A DNA stretch of 63,402 nt from Octopus bimaculoides (GCF_001194135.2 NC_068994.1:43741119-43804520); one strand, 5' to 3'; counted from the stretch's first letter, positions 36,698-48,888 are shown. Notes: generated from the sequence alone by a model not told the origin. Numbers and translations: made by a program.

Positions 36698-36980
36698 TAC
36701 AGTTCTATATTTAAGAGATGAGGAATTATTAACATTATTTACATTTGACGGATATTTGTCCTCATCTTGTTTGTTGTTAACACAACATTTCGGCTGATAT
36801 ACCCTCCAGCCTTCGTCAGGCGTCTTGGGGAAATTTCGAACCTGGGTTATCATTCCTAACGATGTTACTATTATTATATTATTATTATTATTATTATTAC
36901 TATTATTAATCAGGTCGCTGCCGTGAATCGAACTCGGAACCTTGGGGTTAGTAGCCCGCGCTCTTAACCACTACGCCATA
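36698..36980 (-). mobile_element. tRNA-headed SINE-like element carrying a hammerhead ribozyme (family E)
   Basis: A box TGGCGTAGTGG (36968-36978), B box GTTCGATTC (36925-36933), (AAT)n spacer, then hammerhead 36779-36824. Confidence 0.8.
36779..36824 (-). ncRNA. minimal type-I hammerhead ribozyme motif
   Basis: Minus strand: GACGC-CUGACGA-A-GGCUG(GAGGGUAUAU)CAGCC-GAAA-UG-UU/GUGUU; stem I 5 bp with two wobbles, stem II 5 bp; stem III AUGU (probably ACGU before CpG decay); predicted cut 36784|36783. Confidence 0.75.
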
Positions 36981-37463
36981 TGATGTTAAATATCTATCAA
37001 AAAATAGAATTGGCATTGTCTGCAAGTCTCACTGCTTCAGTCTACAAGTCACATGTCTCAACAGAAAATACTTTCAAACATGACATTCCTCAACAAAACA
37101 GATGGGTATATAAAACTGCTTTCTGCAGAAAAGAGTAACGAAATTTTAAATGGATATATCGACTTTCTGCAATCAAAACTTAACAAAATGTGTAAATAGA
37201 CAGTACTTACAAGAATGAGACATGAAATACATTTTTGGAGTATTGAGCTTAATGCTCCAATAACTGGTACAACTTAACTCTCTTGCTATTTGCTGAAGAA
37301 ATTCCAATATGATNNNNNNNNNNNNNNNNNNNNNNNNNNNNNNNNNNNNNNNNNNNNNNNNNNNNNNNNNNNNNNNNNNNNNNNNNNNNNNNNNNNNNNN
37401 NNNNNNNNNNNNNNNNNNNNNNNNNNNNNNNNNNNNNNNNNNNNNNNNNNNNNNNNNNNNNNN

Positions 37464-37500
<37 letters not shown>

Positions 37501-37786
37501 TATGCAGGGCAGGGAATCGTCAATTAGTAATAAAATTAATAATTAACAATTTTGCCGGGTAGCTCAGTATGAAAAAACCTTTTTCGGTAAAAAACATTTA
37601 TAATCATAAATATATAGGGATTGACAGTAACCTGCTTCTCCAACATACTGAGAATTCAGAAATAGCAGTCAAAGAACTACTGATTTCAAAACTACAAATT
37701 ATTACTCTAGATTGATAGCGATATTTTTGATACACACAGAACAAAAAACAGTAGAGAAGAGTAAAAAAACACTTGCCTTTAGTTAA

Positions 37787-37846
37787 TTTAGTACGATCGT
37801 TTCACAGTTAAGAGTAAATAATACTCTATTCCGATCTTCAGCTAAA
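37787..37846 (-). ncRNA. type-I hammerhead ribozyme motif, canonical core
   Basis: Minus strand: UUUAG-CUGAAGA-U-CGGAAU-AGAGUA(UUAUU)UACUCU-UAACUG-U-GAAA-CGAUCG-UA/CUAAA; stem III palindrome ACGAUCGU; predicted cut 37792|37791. Confidence 0.8.
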
Positions 37847-37870
37847 CATTCTAATAAATTTGTTAATGTC

Positions 37871-38185
37871 TCAATAACTCACGTTAATTTTTACCATGTG
37901 AACATCAATACCACAGGTAGAAAGATTAGTGGCGTAAGGTAAAGTTTCCTTCTCATGTTATGCCAACTCATAAGGGCTGTTTTCCTCATTTCCATGGAAT
38001 ATAAATTTCCCATCTGGATGGGACTCCAGTCCAATGCAGGATTACTCATTTTTTCCAGCTGAGTGGGCTGGAGCAACGGGAAGTGAAGTGTTTTGTTCAA
38101 GAGCACAATGTGTCACCCGGTCCAGGAATTAAAACCACAATCCTACATACATGAGTCCAACACCTTAATCTCTAAGCCACATAAT
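37871..38185 (-). mobile_element. SINE family C-related copy
   Basis: ttactcatttttccagctgagtgggctggagcaacgggaagtgaagtgttttgttcaagagcacaatg...ctaagccac. Confidence 0.7.
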
Positions 38186-39388
38186 ACCTCCACATCAGTG
38201 GCATACAGTAAAATGGAGAGTATGTTACCTCTTCCATCTGTAGAAAGGGGTGGCACCTTGGGAAAGCACTAGCAAATCCCCTTTAGCCTTCCATACCAGG
38301 GATATGGTGAAGACGTCAGCAGCAACCAACAAGGTGGAGGGTTCCTTGGCCAATAGCTTGAAGTTTATTGTGGCCAAGTGGAAGAGCTGTACCATCAGAC
38401 AATTGATGTGTGTCAACTAGCAAGTGAGCTGCAACAGCAGAGCAGCCTCATCATCATCCATGCTCTCTGCACTCTTCTACATCACTTGGTACTTGGCACA
38501 GAGGCCAAGAGAGGCAGTCTGGTCAGGAGGACAATACCAGCTACCTTACTCACCATCCAAAGCATTTTGTTCAGAGCAGTGGGAAGTTCTGTAGCAATGG
38601 AGTGAATGTTTAATGATATCTAGTCCACAGCATTCAACTGTTTTGTCTATCTGGATGTCAAAGTCTCATAGTAGTTTTGGATTACCTGATTCATTTACAG
38701 CATCTTATGGTACATGATAGTATCAAATATTTAAAGAGTTATATCCATATTGTTTACAAAGTCACCTGTGAAAATTGAGATAAATCTTATTGTGACATTG
38801 CTTATATTCTATATGAGTAAATATTCTGCAGCCTGCTACAGAACGATCAATGTTTTCAACTTGCTGATAAAATTGATAGACCTTTTCTATTGAAGCTATT
38901 CAATAAATTCTCCTGCTCACTAAAAAGTCTGAGTTTGATCTTGAGCAACCACTAACAAACTCTCAGTTTCTCTCTTTAACTCTCCTCTTCAAAACTACCC
39001 TTAAAATGCATCATGATTTTTCACATTTTTGGTCTTTGTGAAACTTTTTTGTGCAATGCAATTTCTAGTAATTCACTTCTTTCACATTCTATCCTGCCTT
39101 GGTATTCTTTCTTCTTTACAAGTTCAGCAATAAATATGTCTCTGTTTAGTGGTTGCTGTTATGAACTCCAACTGATTTACTTAAATTTCAGGTTTCCTCC
39201 CACTTGAAACATCTATTACTTTTTTTTGTACACTGAATCTTAGCTTTAACTATGTAAATTTGACCTTGTACTCACATTTTGTTACTAAACAGCTTATGGT
39301 GATGCTTTAAAATCTTCAATAACTGCTCCCAGATCATCAGTTTTTGCAACTACTCCCAGATCAACTGGTTTTATTACTAAAATTACTT

Positions 39389-39432
<44 letters not shown>

Positions 39433-39538
39433 CTCTCTCTCTCTCCCCCCTCTCTCTCTGTATCACACACACACACTCTCTCTCAGTTCAAATAGTAAAG
39501 TGGAATAAATTATTATGAGAAGGAGGAAGAGAACCATT

Positions 39539-39585
<47 letters not shown>

Positions 39586-39689
39586 AATGAAATATTTACT
39601 AGTCTGACTTCAAGCTTATACCTTACCAAGATTTCCAAGACATTTAGACAAAGAAAAGAAAATTCCTCCTGAGCAAAATGGCAGTAAGT

Positions 39690-39845
39690 TGTAGAATTAA
39701 CTCCTAGGTACTATTGGTACACATTTTCAGCTGAGTGGAGTGGAACAGCATGAAGTAAAGTGCCTTGCTCAAGGACACGATGCACCACTGGATCCAAGAA
39801 CTAAATCAATGACTTAACATTCTAAATATTAGGCCCCTATGCTTT
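39690..39845 (-). mobile_element. SINE family C-related fragment
   Basis: cagctgagtggagtggaacagcatgaagtaaagtgccttgctcaaggacac. Confidence 0.65.
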
Positions 39846-40952
39846 CACATATTAACTAGCAGAGGTGAACAAATAAAATGGAAATAAGAAGAGTGAAAGA
39901 ATAAATAACAATGAAGAATGAGAGAATGCTATTAGTGATCAGACTATTTCTCTAAATCATATTCCTTGTTCAGTAATTTCTTACTTCAACGGCTCTATCT
40001 TTTTCTTGCCGCGGAAAGAAAATATGCTCATAGCATTTCTGAAGATATTATTCTTGATGCTATTAAAGCTTACTGGTTCAATGATTGAAATTCTTCATAC
40101 TTTTTCTCCTCACAGTAAAGAACATTAGCAAACTCCACCTCTATCATTTATTTGTCTTTACATCTAGCCTATAGGTACAACTATAGTTCCTTGCTATTTC
40201 CTTTCTTTATCTCATTTCACCTCTGCTTGTTTATCTCTTACACTCTCACTCATTACACCATTCTTTTCTTACCATGCCATACTGCCCTATCAGTAGTATT
40301 TGCCAAAAGATCAACACAGTAAACAACAAAAGTAACTCTTGCCAAGAAGGAATATTTTTCAATACCCTGCTTAATTACATTCAAATTTTTTGTTATATTA
40401 CCTGAGTAAACATTGGAATTGTATAGTAATTAATGATAACTTGAAACTTCAATAAAATCTATAGGCACCAGTATATGCAATAGAATTTTTTCTTTTTTTT
40501 TTTTTGTAAGAATACTTCAACAAACTCTATTGAAAAATATACTACACTGTCAATAGTTCTAATTTCCAAAGTTGCCAGTTTACTTGCTGCATTTGAAATT
40601 GAAGAATATTTTCAGTGATTATTATAGTTAATAACATGTGGATTATACAATTGTCCATCAATCTTGCATATACTTTCACATAATATGCAAGTTATGTACA
40701 TGATTTCCTGTTATAAATTCATGACTAAGAATATTTTGTGCATAGTAAAACAAAAACAACTGCATAAATCCCCAAAACAAATGAAAAGCAGCTGTGAATG
40801 TGGAAACAAATTAATATGAGTGGTATTTAGTAATTACTAAGCTGTGTGTGTGTGTGTGTGTGTGTGTGTGCATGGATGTGCATGCATATAAATGTACACC
40901 TACACACACATTTCCTCACACACACTTATATGCATATGCATAGATATTCATG

Positions 40953-41002
<50 letters not shown>

Positions 41003-41304
41003 NNNNNNNNNNNNNNNNNNNNNNNNNNNNNNNNNNNNNNNNNNNNNNNNNNNNNNNNNNNNNNNNNNNNNNNNNNNNNNNNNNNNNNNNNNNNNNNNNN
41101 NNNNNNNNNNNNNNNNNNNNNNNNNNNNNNNNNNNNNNNNNNNNNNNNNNNNNNNNNNNNNNNNNNNNNNNNNNNNNNNNNNTATATATACAAACATACA
41201 AGGGTAAGCACATAAATGCGAAACAAGCTGGAAAAAATACTACTTGAATACTAGAAGTAATATAAAGTATATATATATATATATATATAGTTAATAACAA
41301 AAAC

Positions 41305-41535
41305 AAAATGCAACTGAATGAAGGAAAATTTGAGCTGATGCATTTTGGAAGAAAGTCTATACTAAAACAGCCATACTCTCTTCCTTCAGGGGAACTGCTA
41401 ACAGCATCCAATAATATCAGAGATCTGGTTGTAATTGTTGATAACGATCTCAATTGGAGTGCCTACATCAACAGTAAGGTCAATATAGCTCATAGGATGA
41501 CCTCCTGGATCTTAAGAACCTTCCGGTCCAGAGTT
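41305..41535 (+). pseudogene. CR1/L2-type LINE reverse transcriptase C-terminal fragment
   Basis: MQLNEGKFELMHFG...IRDLVVIVDNDLNWSAYINSKVNIAHRMTSWILRTF matches the KDLGVxxDxxLxWxxHI...KAxRxLGxIxRxF motif. Confidence 0.8.
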
Positions 41536-43515
41536 CTGCTGAAATAAAAACTACTAAGTAACCCATCCCACATTCTAAAAATTCTGCTAAGTCTTTGCCC
41601 TAGACCGGTACTTTATTTTATCAACCCTTAGAGTTTGAAAAACAAAATTGACCTCTACAGAATTTGAACTCAGAGAGTAGGAAACTGGAGTAAATAGCAC
41701 AATTTGCCCTCTTGGTAGAATGCAAGTTTTCTGTGTGAAGTTAATATTGTTAATTGAATCATCCACATATTACTGGTACATATATGGGATAGAGAATAAA
41801 AGTATAGATTTTATAAATAATTTAAAGATAAAAATGAATCTGTGTTATATGGAATTTATTTGACATAGTAGATTGGGTTTTTTGGTTTTATTTAGTTTTT
41901 ATTTTCGTTTTTGTTTTTTCTGTCAAAGAGAATATTTGAATAAATTATCCAAAAGAATAACTTTGCACATTTTATCAGACCCAAGGGAATAAAAGACAAA
42001 ATTGATCTAAACTAGATTTTTAACACAGAACATTAAGGAAGCTGAAATCTTTTGATGTTTTTACTGATGATACATGATGTTATGTCTAAACTGTGAATTT
42101 CTAGCAAAAACATGCTATAAAGGGATAAAAATATAGAAAAAAGAAAACATATGCATCTCATTATGAAAAGCTGAAAATATATATATATTTTAAAATGAAA
42201 AGGAATTTTACATCACCTTACTTCAATGTTTCTTCTAAAAAAAGGAATAGTGTTTTAGAATTTTTACCTGTGATGACTACTACAAAATGAACTGTTTGAA
42301 CATTTTGAAGAATTAATTTTTCTTTCAACTGAAAGATATTTTCTTCTTCAAAAGATTTATCTCTTGTGCCAGGTTACCGACTGACAGAGAGCTGCAGAAG
42401 ACCAAGAGAAATGGCAAAATCTGGTTGCAACATCATTAACAAATACCCCCGTGACCACATGGTCAAGGGATAGACACAAAGGAAGGAAGAAAGAAAGGAA
42501 GGAAGGACCTGGTGAATGGTTCATCACAGGAAGAGGGAACTGAGAAACACCTATCCCTCATAACGCTGATACTTAAAGAACAATGGTAGCATCTTTTTCC
42601 TTTCCAAAACTACATACCTTAAAAATAACATACAGTCAAAACCAGATCTGTAGCCTTTGTAGAAATATTTTACTGATATGAATATTAATTTCTTCCTACA
42701 GTTCTCTTGACAGAGTCAGTTGGATGGTGGCAGGGGTAGTAAGAATACTTTAATAATTTTCTAGTTATTCTGATTGTTACACAAAATAAAATATATTTTC
42801 TTCAATAGGAAAGTTAGTTTTATATAAATGTGGCAGATATCTTTTGAGTGTTATGATCAACACAGCAACTGAAACATGAGCAAAAGCAGAATTAATATGT
42901 CCAATAATGATGTAGGTATGTTTCTGAGTTACACTTTAGTATATGTATATATGGCTTCTGAATGAATTTTGTTAACTCTATTGGATTAAGAATCTCCAGA
43001 AGTCTCTCTTCACAGGTGTTGTATCTCAAGGAATAAAACTATGTCAAAAAGCACTGAGTTTCTAATTCAAGATATTTTCAAAATAGTTGTCCTTTTCTGG
43101 ATGCTGAAATGACCCCTTATATAAAGTTGCTTCCTTCTTTAAGCAAAGATGAGAGAGAGACAGGGAGGCTAAGAGAGAGTGAAACTTAATGACCTGCTAT
43201 CACTGCAAACCTGAAGCAATTCACATGACTGATGTGGGAAAATACAACAGAGGAGCAAAATGGGGGAAAAGACTAGAATTCTACTTTACACTAAACCTTC
43301 AGTACAGGCTTTGCTGATAAGGTCTAATAAGATTAAAACATGTCTAGAGTTGTCACCACGTTTGCCAAAAATTAGACTCGTTCCCCACCCTATTATTTTT
43401 TAAATTTTTAATTGATTTTAATTTATCTAAAATTTGGTGTTGTCTTTCCTGCCTATGATGATCATTTAATTATTAACAGAATTTTTCTTTCTTCTCACTA
43501 TGAATGTATATTTAA

Positions 43516-43733
43516 CACTTTAGCGTTTAAACAGGCCATATCTGGTCAAAATACTCTAACTATTTTATGTTCAAACTGGCCATATTCAACCTCACACACC
43601 TACCCTACAATGACTTTCTAAAAAGAATGAATCACATTGAAATCACAAAGCCACAAGTTAATGCATGATTAATTCAAAATGATGTGAATAAATATGCATT
43701 ACATTTGACAGAATAATCCCAATGGTTAAAAGG
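43516..43733. mobile_element. piggyBac-like MITE (family 1)
   Basis: ttaa|cactttagcg...aaaagg|taaa; inverted homologue of 53815-54024. Confidence 0.7.
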
Positions 43734-44871
43734 TAAATCAGTTAAACTTTTATTTCACTCACTACATTAAATATATAAGCATCTACTTAACTATTTGTTT
43801 TCATGCAGAATGTGCCCTTGGTTGTTCCTGAGTCTTTTTTCATGTTTTCTTTTTTTTTTTCTGATCAGGAGACTTAAATGGTATTATGTGTTTGTAATAT
43901 GATGCAAACCGCAACAGAGTCTAATGAAAGTATCAGGAAATAGATAGCTGAATAGAAGACAGTAAATATACAAAAGGGAAGGAGAAAAAAAAAGAGACTT
44001 TATAATGACAGAGCAGGCAAATTCATTATTTACTGAAAAGATAGTCAATGAAAATTACTCAAATTTATGGCTCATATATCTATGCATAATCATTTCACTT
44101 AAAGAATATTTATAGCGGGATAATTAGACTGACAAATATCATATAGCAAAGATGATAGCGGCATGTGATACTATAGAAAATGCATTAAAGTAAATGACAG
44201 TGTGGATATGAACATGATATATCTGTATAAAAGAATTATAAATTGAATAAATAAGAATAATGGTCTGGCATCATCATATAGAGATATGCAGCAATTATCA
44301 ATAGAATATAAAAAGAATGACCTATATAATTATTTCTGAAAGAGATGTTAGTAAGAGCATTCACAGATATTCATGATATTGATGAAGAATTATTTCTGTG
44401 CATCTGTGCATGTATATGTGCTTGTAGGTGTGCATATAAGTGCGTGTATATAGATATGTGTGTGTATGTGTGCACTTGTTTGTGTGGTGAATCTATGCAT
44501 GATTGTGCATGTGCTTACATGCAAGATATTAAAACGTATAAAAATGCACCATAATTGCAAGTTGTAGGAAACTACATATATAAATATGTATATGCATGCA
44601 CACATGACTATACAGATACATACATGCATACATGCACACACACACATACATACATACATACATATATTTATGCATATATATTTTGCATACATATTTATAT
44701 ATGTTTGCATCCATGTATGTGTTTATGTAACTATGAATGGAAGCATGGAAGCATATGCTTTGGGCTACAAATGAAAAAAAGTACTCAATACATGATCTAT
44801 CAACCAACACTGAGTTGCTGAAAGAATGTGTGCTTTGGAAACTTGAAATACCAAATCATCATATATGCACA

Positions 44872-44876
44872 CACAC

Positions 44877-44921
<45 letters not shown>

Positions 44922-44925
44922 CACA
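44872..44925. repeat. (CACG)n tetranucleotide microsatellite
   Basis: Directly visible. Confidence 0.9.
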
Positions 44926-45079
44926 CACCTTCTGTGGGTGTATGCTTCTGTAATTAGTTAGGTGAGTTATTTCCATGCAGTAATGTTGACAATATACCTA
45001 AGCCAAAACAAATTGCAGTTTGTTCATAATGTGGGGTTTAGGTAAAAAAATTACTCTTTGAACTTTGGAGGAAGTTGAT

Positions 45080-45312
45080 TCTGGCATGGGTTGGATGGTT
45101 TGACCAGAGCAGCACCAGACTCCAGTCTAATTTGCCATGATTTCTATGGCTGGGTGCCCTTCCTAATGCCAACCACTTTACAGAGTGTGCTGGGTATTTT
45201 TATGTGGCACTGCACAAGTGCTTTTATGTGGCCCCGCACAGGTGCTTTTCTATGATGCCACATTGGTACTTTTCCATGGCACTGCATGGGTGCTCTTACG
45301 TGGCACCACCAT
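45080..45312 (-). mobile_element. retroposon family D, diverged
   Basis: ggcatgggttggatggtttgacc...gcccttcctaatgccaaccacttta. Confidence 0.75.
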
Positions 45313-46823
45313 GAGAAGGTGTATATCAAAAACGATCGAAGGTTCTTTCTGAACCACAAATAAATAAGGCTGGTTTCCCAGATTCCATGGTGTAGATATT
45401 CCCTGCTTGGATGGTATGCCAGTTCATTGCAGAATTATTAGTTTTTTTCCAGAACTGCATCAACTTGAAATGAAGTGACCCTTAAATAGTATCAAAAGAG
45501 GTACTGATATTGAAACCAAGTTAACTTAAGGACAACCATCATTCGTAACTGAGGTTACCAACATGACTTTTCACCAAGACTTTTATAACAACTCCAAGCA
45601 CTTGAAAGACGTTTAACAAAAGTATGCTGCTAATTTTCTTATATAATGTATTTAGTGGTTTGATGTCCCACTAAAGGAAATGTATAGTACTACACTAGTG
45701 GAAGAACTTAAATAGTGAACGCTCTCCATATATGATAATACAAAACTTAGTGAAACCCACCATTTATGTGGCCTGGCCACAAGTGTTGACAGAAAGGAAA
45801 TGGAGCATGAAAAAAGTTGTTGAGTGACAGGATTTTCCCTGGAAATGAAAAATGTTATAGGTGTAGCACAGAATAGACAAGCTGCAGTGAGGTTTATGTA
45901 GAAAAAATGAATACCTTTCCAGAATAACGAGATATTGTGATCAAAGGAATTTATCATATTGAAGAGGGAAGAGCATGCATCTAAAAGAAACAGAAGCCGG
46001 AAGTCAATACACATGGATATTATAGGAAACAGGCAAGCAAAGGAAGCTATCAAGCAGCATGATATGGAAAATGGAGACAGAAAACTATAATGTATTTGTG
46101 CTTCCATCACTTGTCAATAATTTTGGGTTGCTTTGGCATGACACTGTTGGTTACATTTGATGTGAAAGTTATTTTTCTTTGGAGCACATTCTGATAGCAT
46201 GCCAGTCATCCTTTACAGAGTATACCTGATGGCATAACTAAGGATTAAGTAGTGCAAAAAACAACACAGCAGCAACCTCAGGTAAATGAGAATCAATACC
46301 AAGAAGTGCTCTATTGTTTTCTACATGGATGGGGAGAAAGAACAATGCAGAATATTTAACAAAGGAAATCCCCCAATAACATGGAACGTTGCTAATTGAA
46401 CTCCTCTATACTCCCATGCTTAGGTCTTGGCATACATTGTTTGTCTGAAAAATTACATATCCTGAAGCAGCTTATAGTATTCCTAAGCAAAAAGATCTGA
46501 AATGACCTCTAACTACCTGCACAGATAAACATTTATCTGCGGTTACTTCCAACCGGCTGGCTCAGAAGCTAACACCTAAGAAAGTCAATGAGTTAACGCC
46601 ATCACTACACTAACATAAGTTAATCTCTACCAACTTGCTTCTCTTACATTTAATAGCACTTAGCATGGTCTAATAATGCCTCACAGTAATTTATGGACCA
46701 GTATCCAACAAATTTCATCATGTGATGTAGCATGTCCAATAGGAACCTAGCTTACCATCTTTCAAGCCAAAGAAAAAGAACCAATGCTTCATTTATTGTG
46801 GATGTCTGATAAATTAGATACGA

Positions 46824-46897
<74 letters not shown>

Positions 46898-46898
<1 letters not shown>

Positions 46899-47220
46899 CT
46901 TTTAAATACAGAGATATCTAAAGTAGGACATCTAACCCGCTAGAAAGAGCAGCAAAACACTCTATACCACAAAAATAGGGATAATTTCGAAAAAGAATGA
47001 AAAATAAAAACTTTTACCAGTCTATACTCTGTACCATGGTTTCAAGTTATTTAGCAAGATAAAACTATAACTTGCTCGGCAACTATCTTCAGCAAGGCAT
47101 CTCTGTATTTAAATGAATAATTTATAGTCTATTGACTAATTTTTATTCTCACTGGACCACTGGTGGTAAATTAAATTTCTAAAATTTTTTTGCTGCCCTA
47201 TGATTTATTAATAATGATAA
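46898..47220 (-). mobile_element. about 320-bp hammerhead-bearing element between two (TA)n tracts (solo pLTR / retrozyme-like)
   Basis: Bounded by (TA)n at about 46829-46897 and about 47219-47232; contains hammerhead 47027-47097; no ORF. Confidence 0.55.
47027..47097 (-). ncRNA. type-I hammerhead ribozyme motif, canonical core
   Basis: Minus strand: CCUUG-CUGAAGA-U-AGUUG-CCG-AGCAAG(12 nt)CUUGCU-AAA-UAACU-U-GAAA-CCAUGG-UA/CAGAG; stem III palindrome ACCAUGGU; predicted cut 47032|47031. Confidence 0.8.
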
Positions 47221-47304
47221 TATATATATATATGTACATATAATTGAAGAAATTGGAGTCAGGAAGGGGGAGTATGGTTGAACGGTTGGACATTTGTTTA
47301 TTGT

Positions 47305-47408
47305 CCACTACAATTGTTTCGACGCAATGTGGTTCTCCAAGAATACGGGTATTTGATTATGCAACAGTCTGTTTGCATAATGAGATTTTGTTGTGTTTCT
47401 TCAGGTGA
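47305..47408 (-). ncRNA. type-I hammerhead motif with large branched stem II
   Basis: Minus strand: UCAC-CUGAAGA-AACACAA...UUGCGUC-GAAA-CAAUUG-UA/GUGG; two G>A lesions in the stem II base; inner 9-bp hairpin AUUAUGCAA/UUGCAUAAU; AAUAAA follows. Confidence 0.7.
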
Positions 47409-47561
47409 TATACTGACTCAAATTTCTTCAATTTTATATTCACACGTGGTGAATGCCTGAACTTAAGCCTGGAAGTATATAATAATGCCACCAATACTAC
47501 TGGGTCATTCTTAAGGTGGACAAGCTCTATTCTGTACTCTAACACGTTCCTAGTGGACTAC

Positions 47562-47662
47562 GATGCTGGGATGTTTGATAGGAGGGACAGGATACTGGGA
47601 GGCTAAAATTTGATAGGAGGGACAGGATGCTGGGAGGTTAAAGTCTGATAGGAGGGACTGGT
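47562..47662. repeat. 35-bp tandem repeat, about 2.5-3 units
   Basis: tgataggagggac recurs at 47576, 47611 and 47646. Confidence 0.85.
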
Positions 47663-48359
47663 ATGAGCTTTTTGATGTAGAAAAGATACAAGGCAACCCC
47701 ATATCAAATATGGTTAGTGGGAGTTATTGGAGTGGAGCTAGAAAGAAAGATAAAGAAAGTGGCGATCAAATGTAATAGTGTACCCTCAAGAACAAGATGT
47801 TGAACAGAAGAGAATATGAGCACAGAAGATGAAGAAGGGTGGAGGGGTAAAGTTTGCATGAGTAGGGGAGTGAGAAATTGTTGTAAATAGGAATAGGGGA
47901 TGAATGTAAGAGATCATGAGCAAGGATGGAGGGGGTAGTAGATGGTAAATATAATTAGCAGGAATATGGCAAGAACAAGAGATCAATAGAAGTGGTTCAA
48001 GTGAGAAGAAATGATGACTGACAGTAACAGAAAGGGCAGAATGATGCAATAAAAAAGAGAGGGATGAAGCACAGGGAGATGATGGATAAAGATTGCAAGA
48101 TTGTTGGTGAGAGTGAGAGATCTATAGTAATTGACATAGGGGTGGTCTAAGTTATTTAAAGGTGAATATAATGCAGGGTATTGATCAACGGAAAATGTGT
48201 AGGGTGAGGAGATTATATATAAATGTATGTATATATAAACATATTTATATACACACACACACACACACACATATGCATATACATATGTATGCTATCAAAC
48301 CTTTCTTTCGAAATATATGGGCTGCAACTGAGAAGTGCTAAGAATATCCGAGACAAACG

Positions 48360-48606
48360 ATAATTAAAGAGGTGGTAAATTCAGAGAAAAAGTCTAGGTC
48401 AATCAACAAATTCCTAAACGCAAAATTTTAAACATATTTTAAAAAATACACATACATTAATACATTTTAATACAGATCAATAGATCTATTGATCTATATT
48501 AAAATGTATTGATGTGTGTGTATTTCTAAAAATATGTTTAAAATTCTGCATCGGGGAATTTGTTGATTGGTCTATACTTTGTTTCTAAATTTACTGCTTT
48601 AATTAT
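48360..48606. mobile_element. loop-less fold-back palindrome, about 247 bp
   Basis: Perfect core gatcaataga|tctattgatc (axis 48484/48485); arms pair out to ataattaaag / ctttaattat. Confidence 0.85.
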
Positions 48607-48654
48607 ACATACGTATGTATGTATGTATGTATGCAAATATGCATTAGCAACTTC

Positions 48655-48840
48655 ATGGTGTCATGAGAAAAGCACCCCATATACACTGTGAAGTGGTTGA
48701 CATTAAGAAGGGCATCAAGTCATAGAAAATAAACCAAACCTGACACTGGAGCATGATGCAATTCTTGGGACCATTGGATTCTGTCCAATTCATGCCAGCA
48801 TAGAACATGGACTTTAAATGATGATGATAAGGAGGAGGTT
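48655..48840 (+). mobile_element. retroposon family D, diverged
   Basis: aaaagcacccc...gtggttgacattaagaagggcatc...catgccagcatagaacatggactttaaatgatgatg. Confidence 0.7.
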
Positions 48841-48842
48841 GT

Positions 48843-48888
<46 letters not shown>

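Noticed and set aside
36911-36980. tRNA gene
   Set aside because: A/B boxes are present but the acceptor and anticodon stems are imperfect and it is embedded in a repeat; treated as a SINE head
37290-37313. CUGAAGA immediately before an N gap
   Set aside because: The rest is hidden by the gap; cannot be evaluated
45780-45900. Possible RTE LINE 3' end (…VAQNRQ…); also a possible RT relic at 38200-38640
   Set aside because: Resemblance too weak and interrupted by stops to support without a profile search
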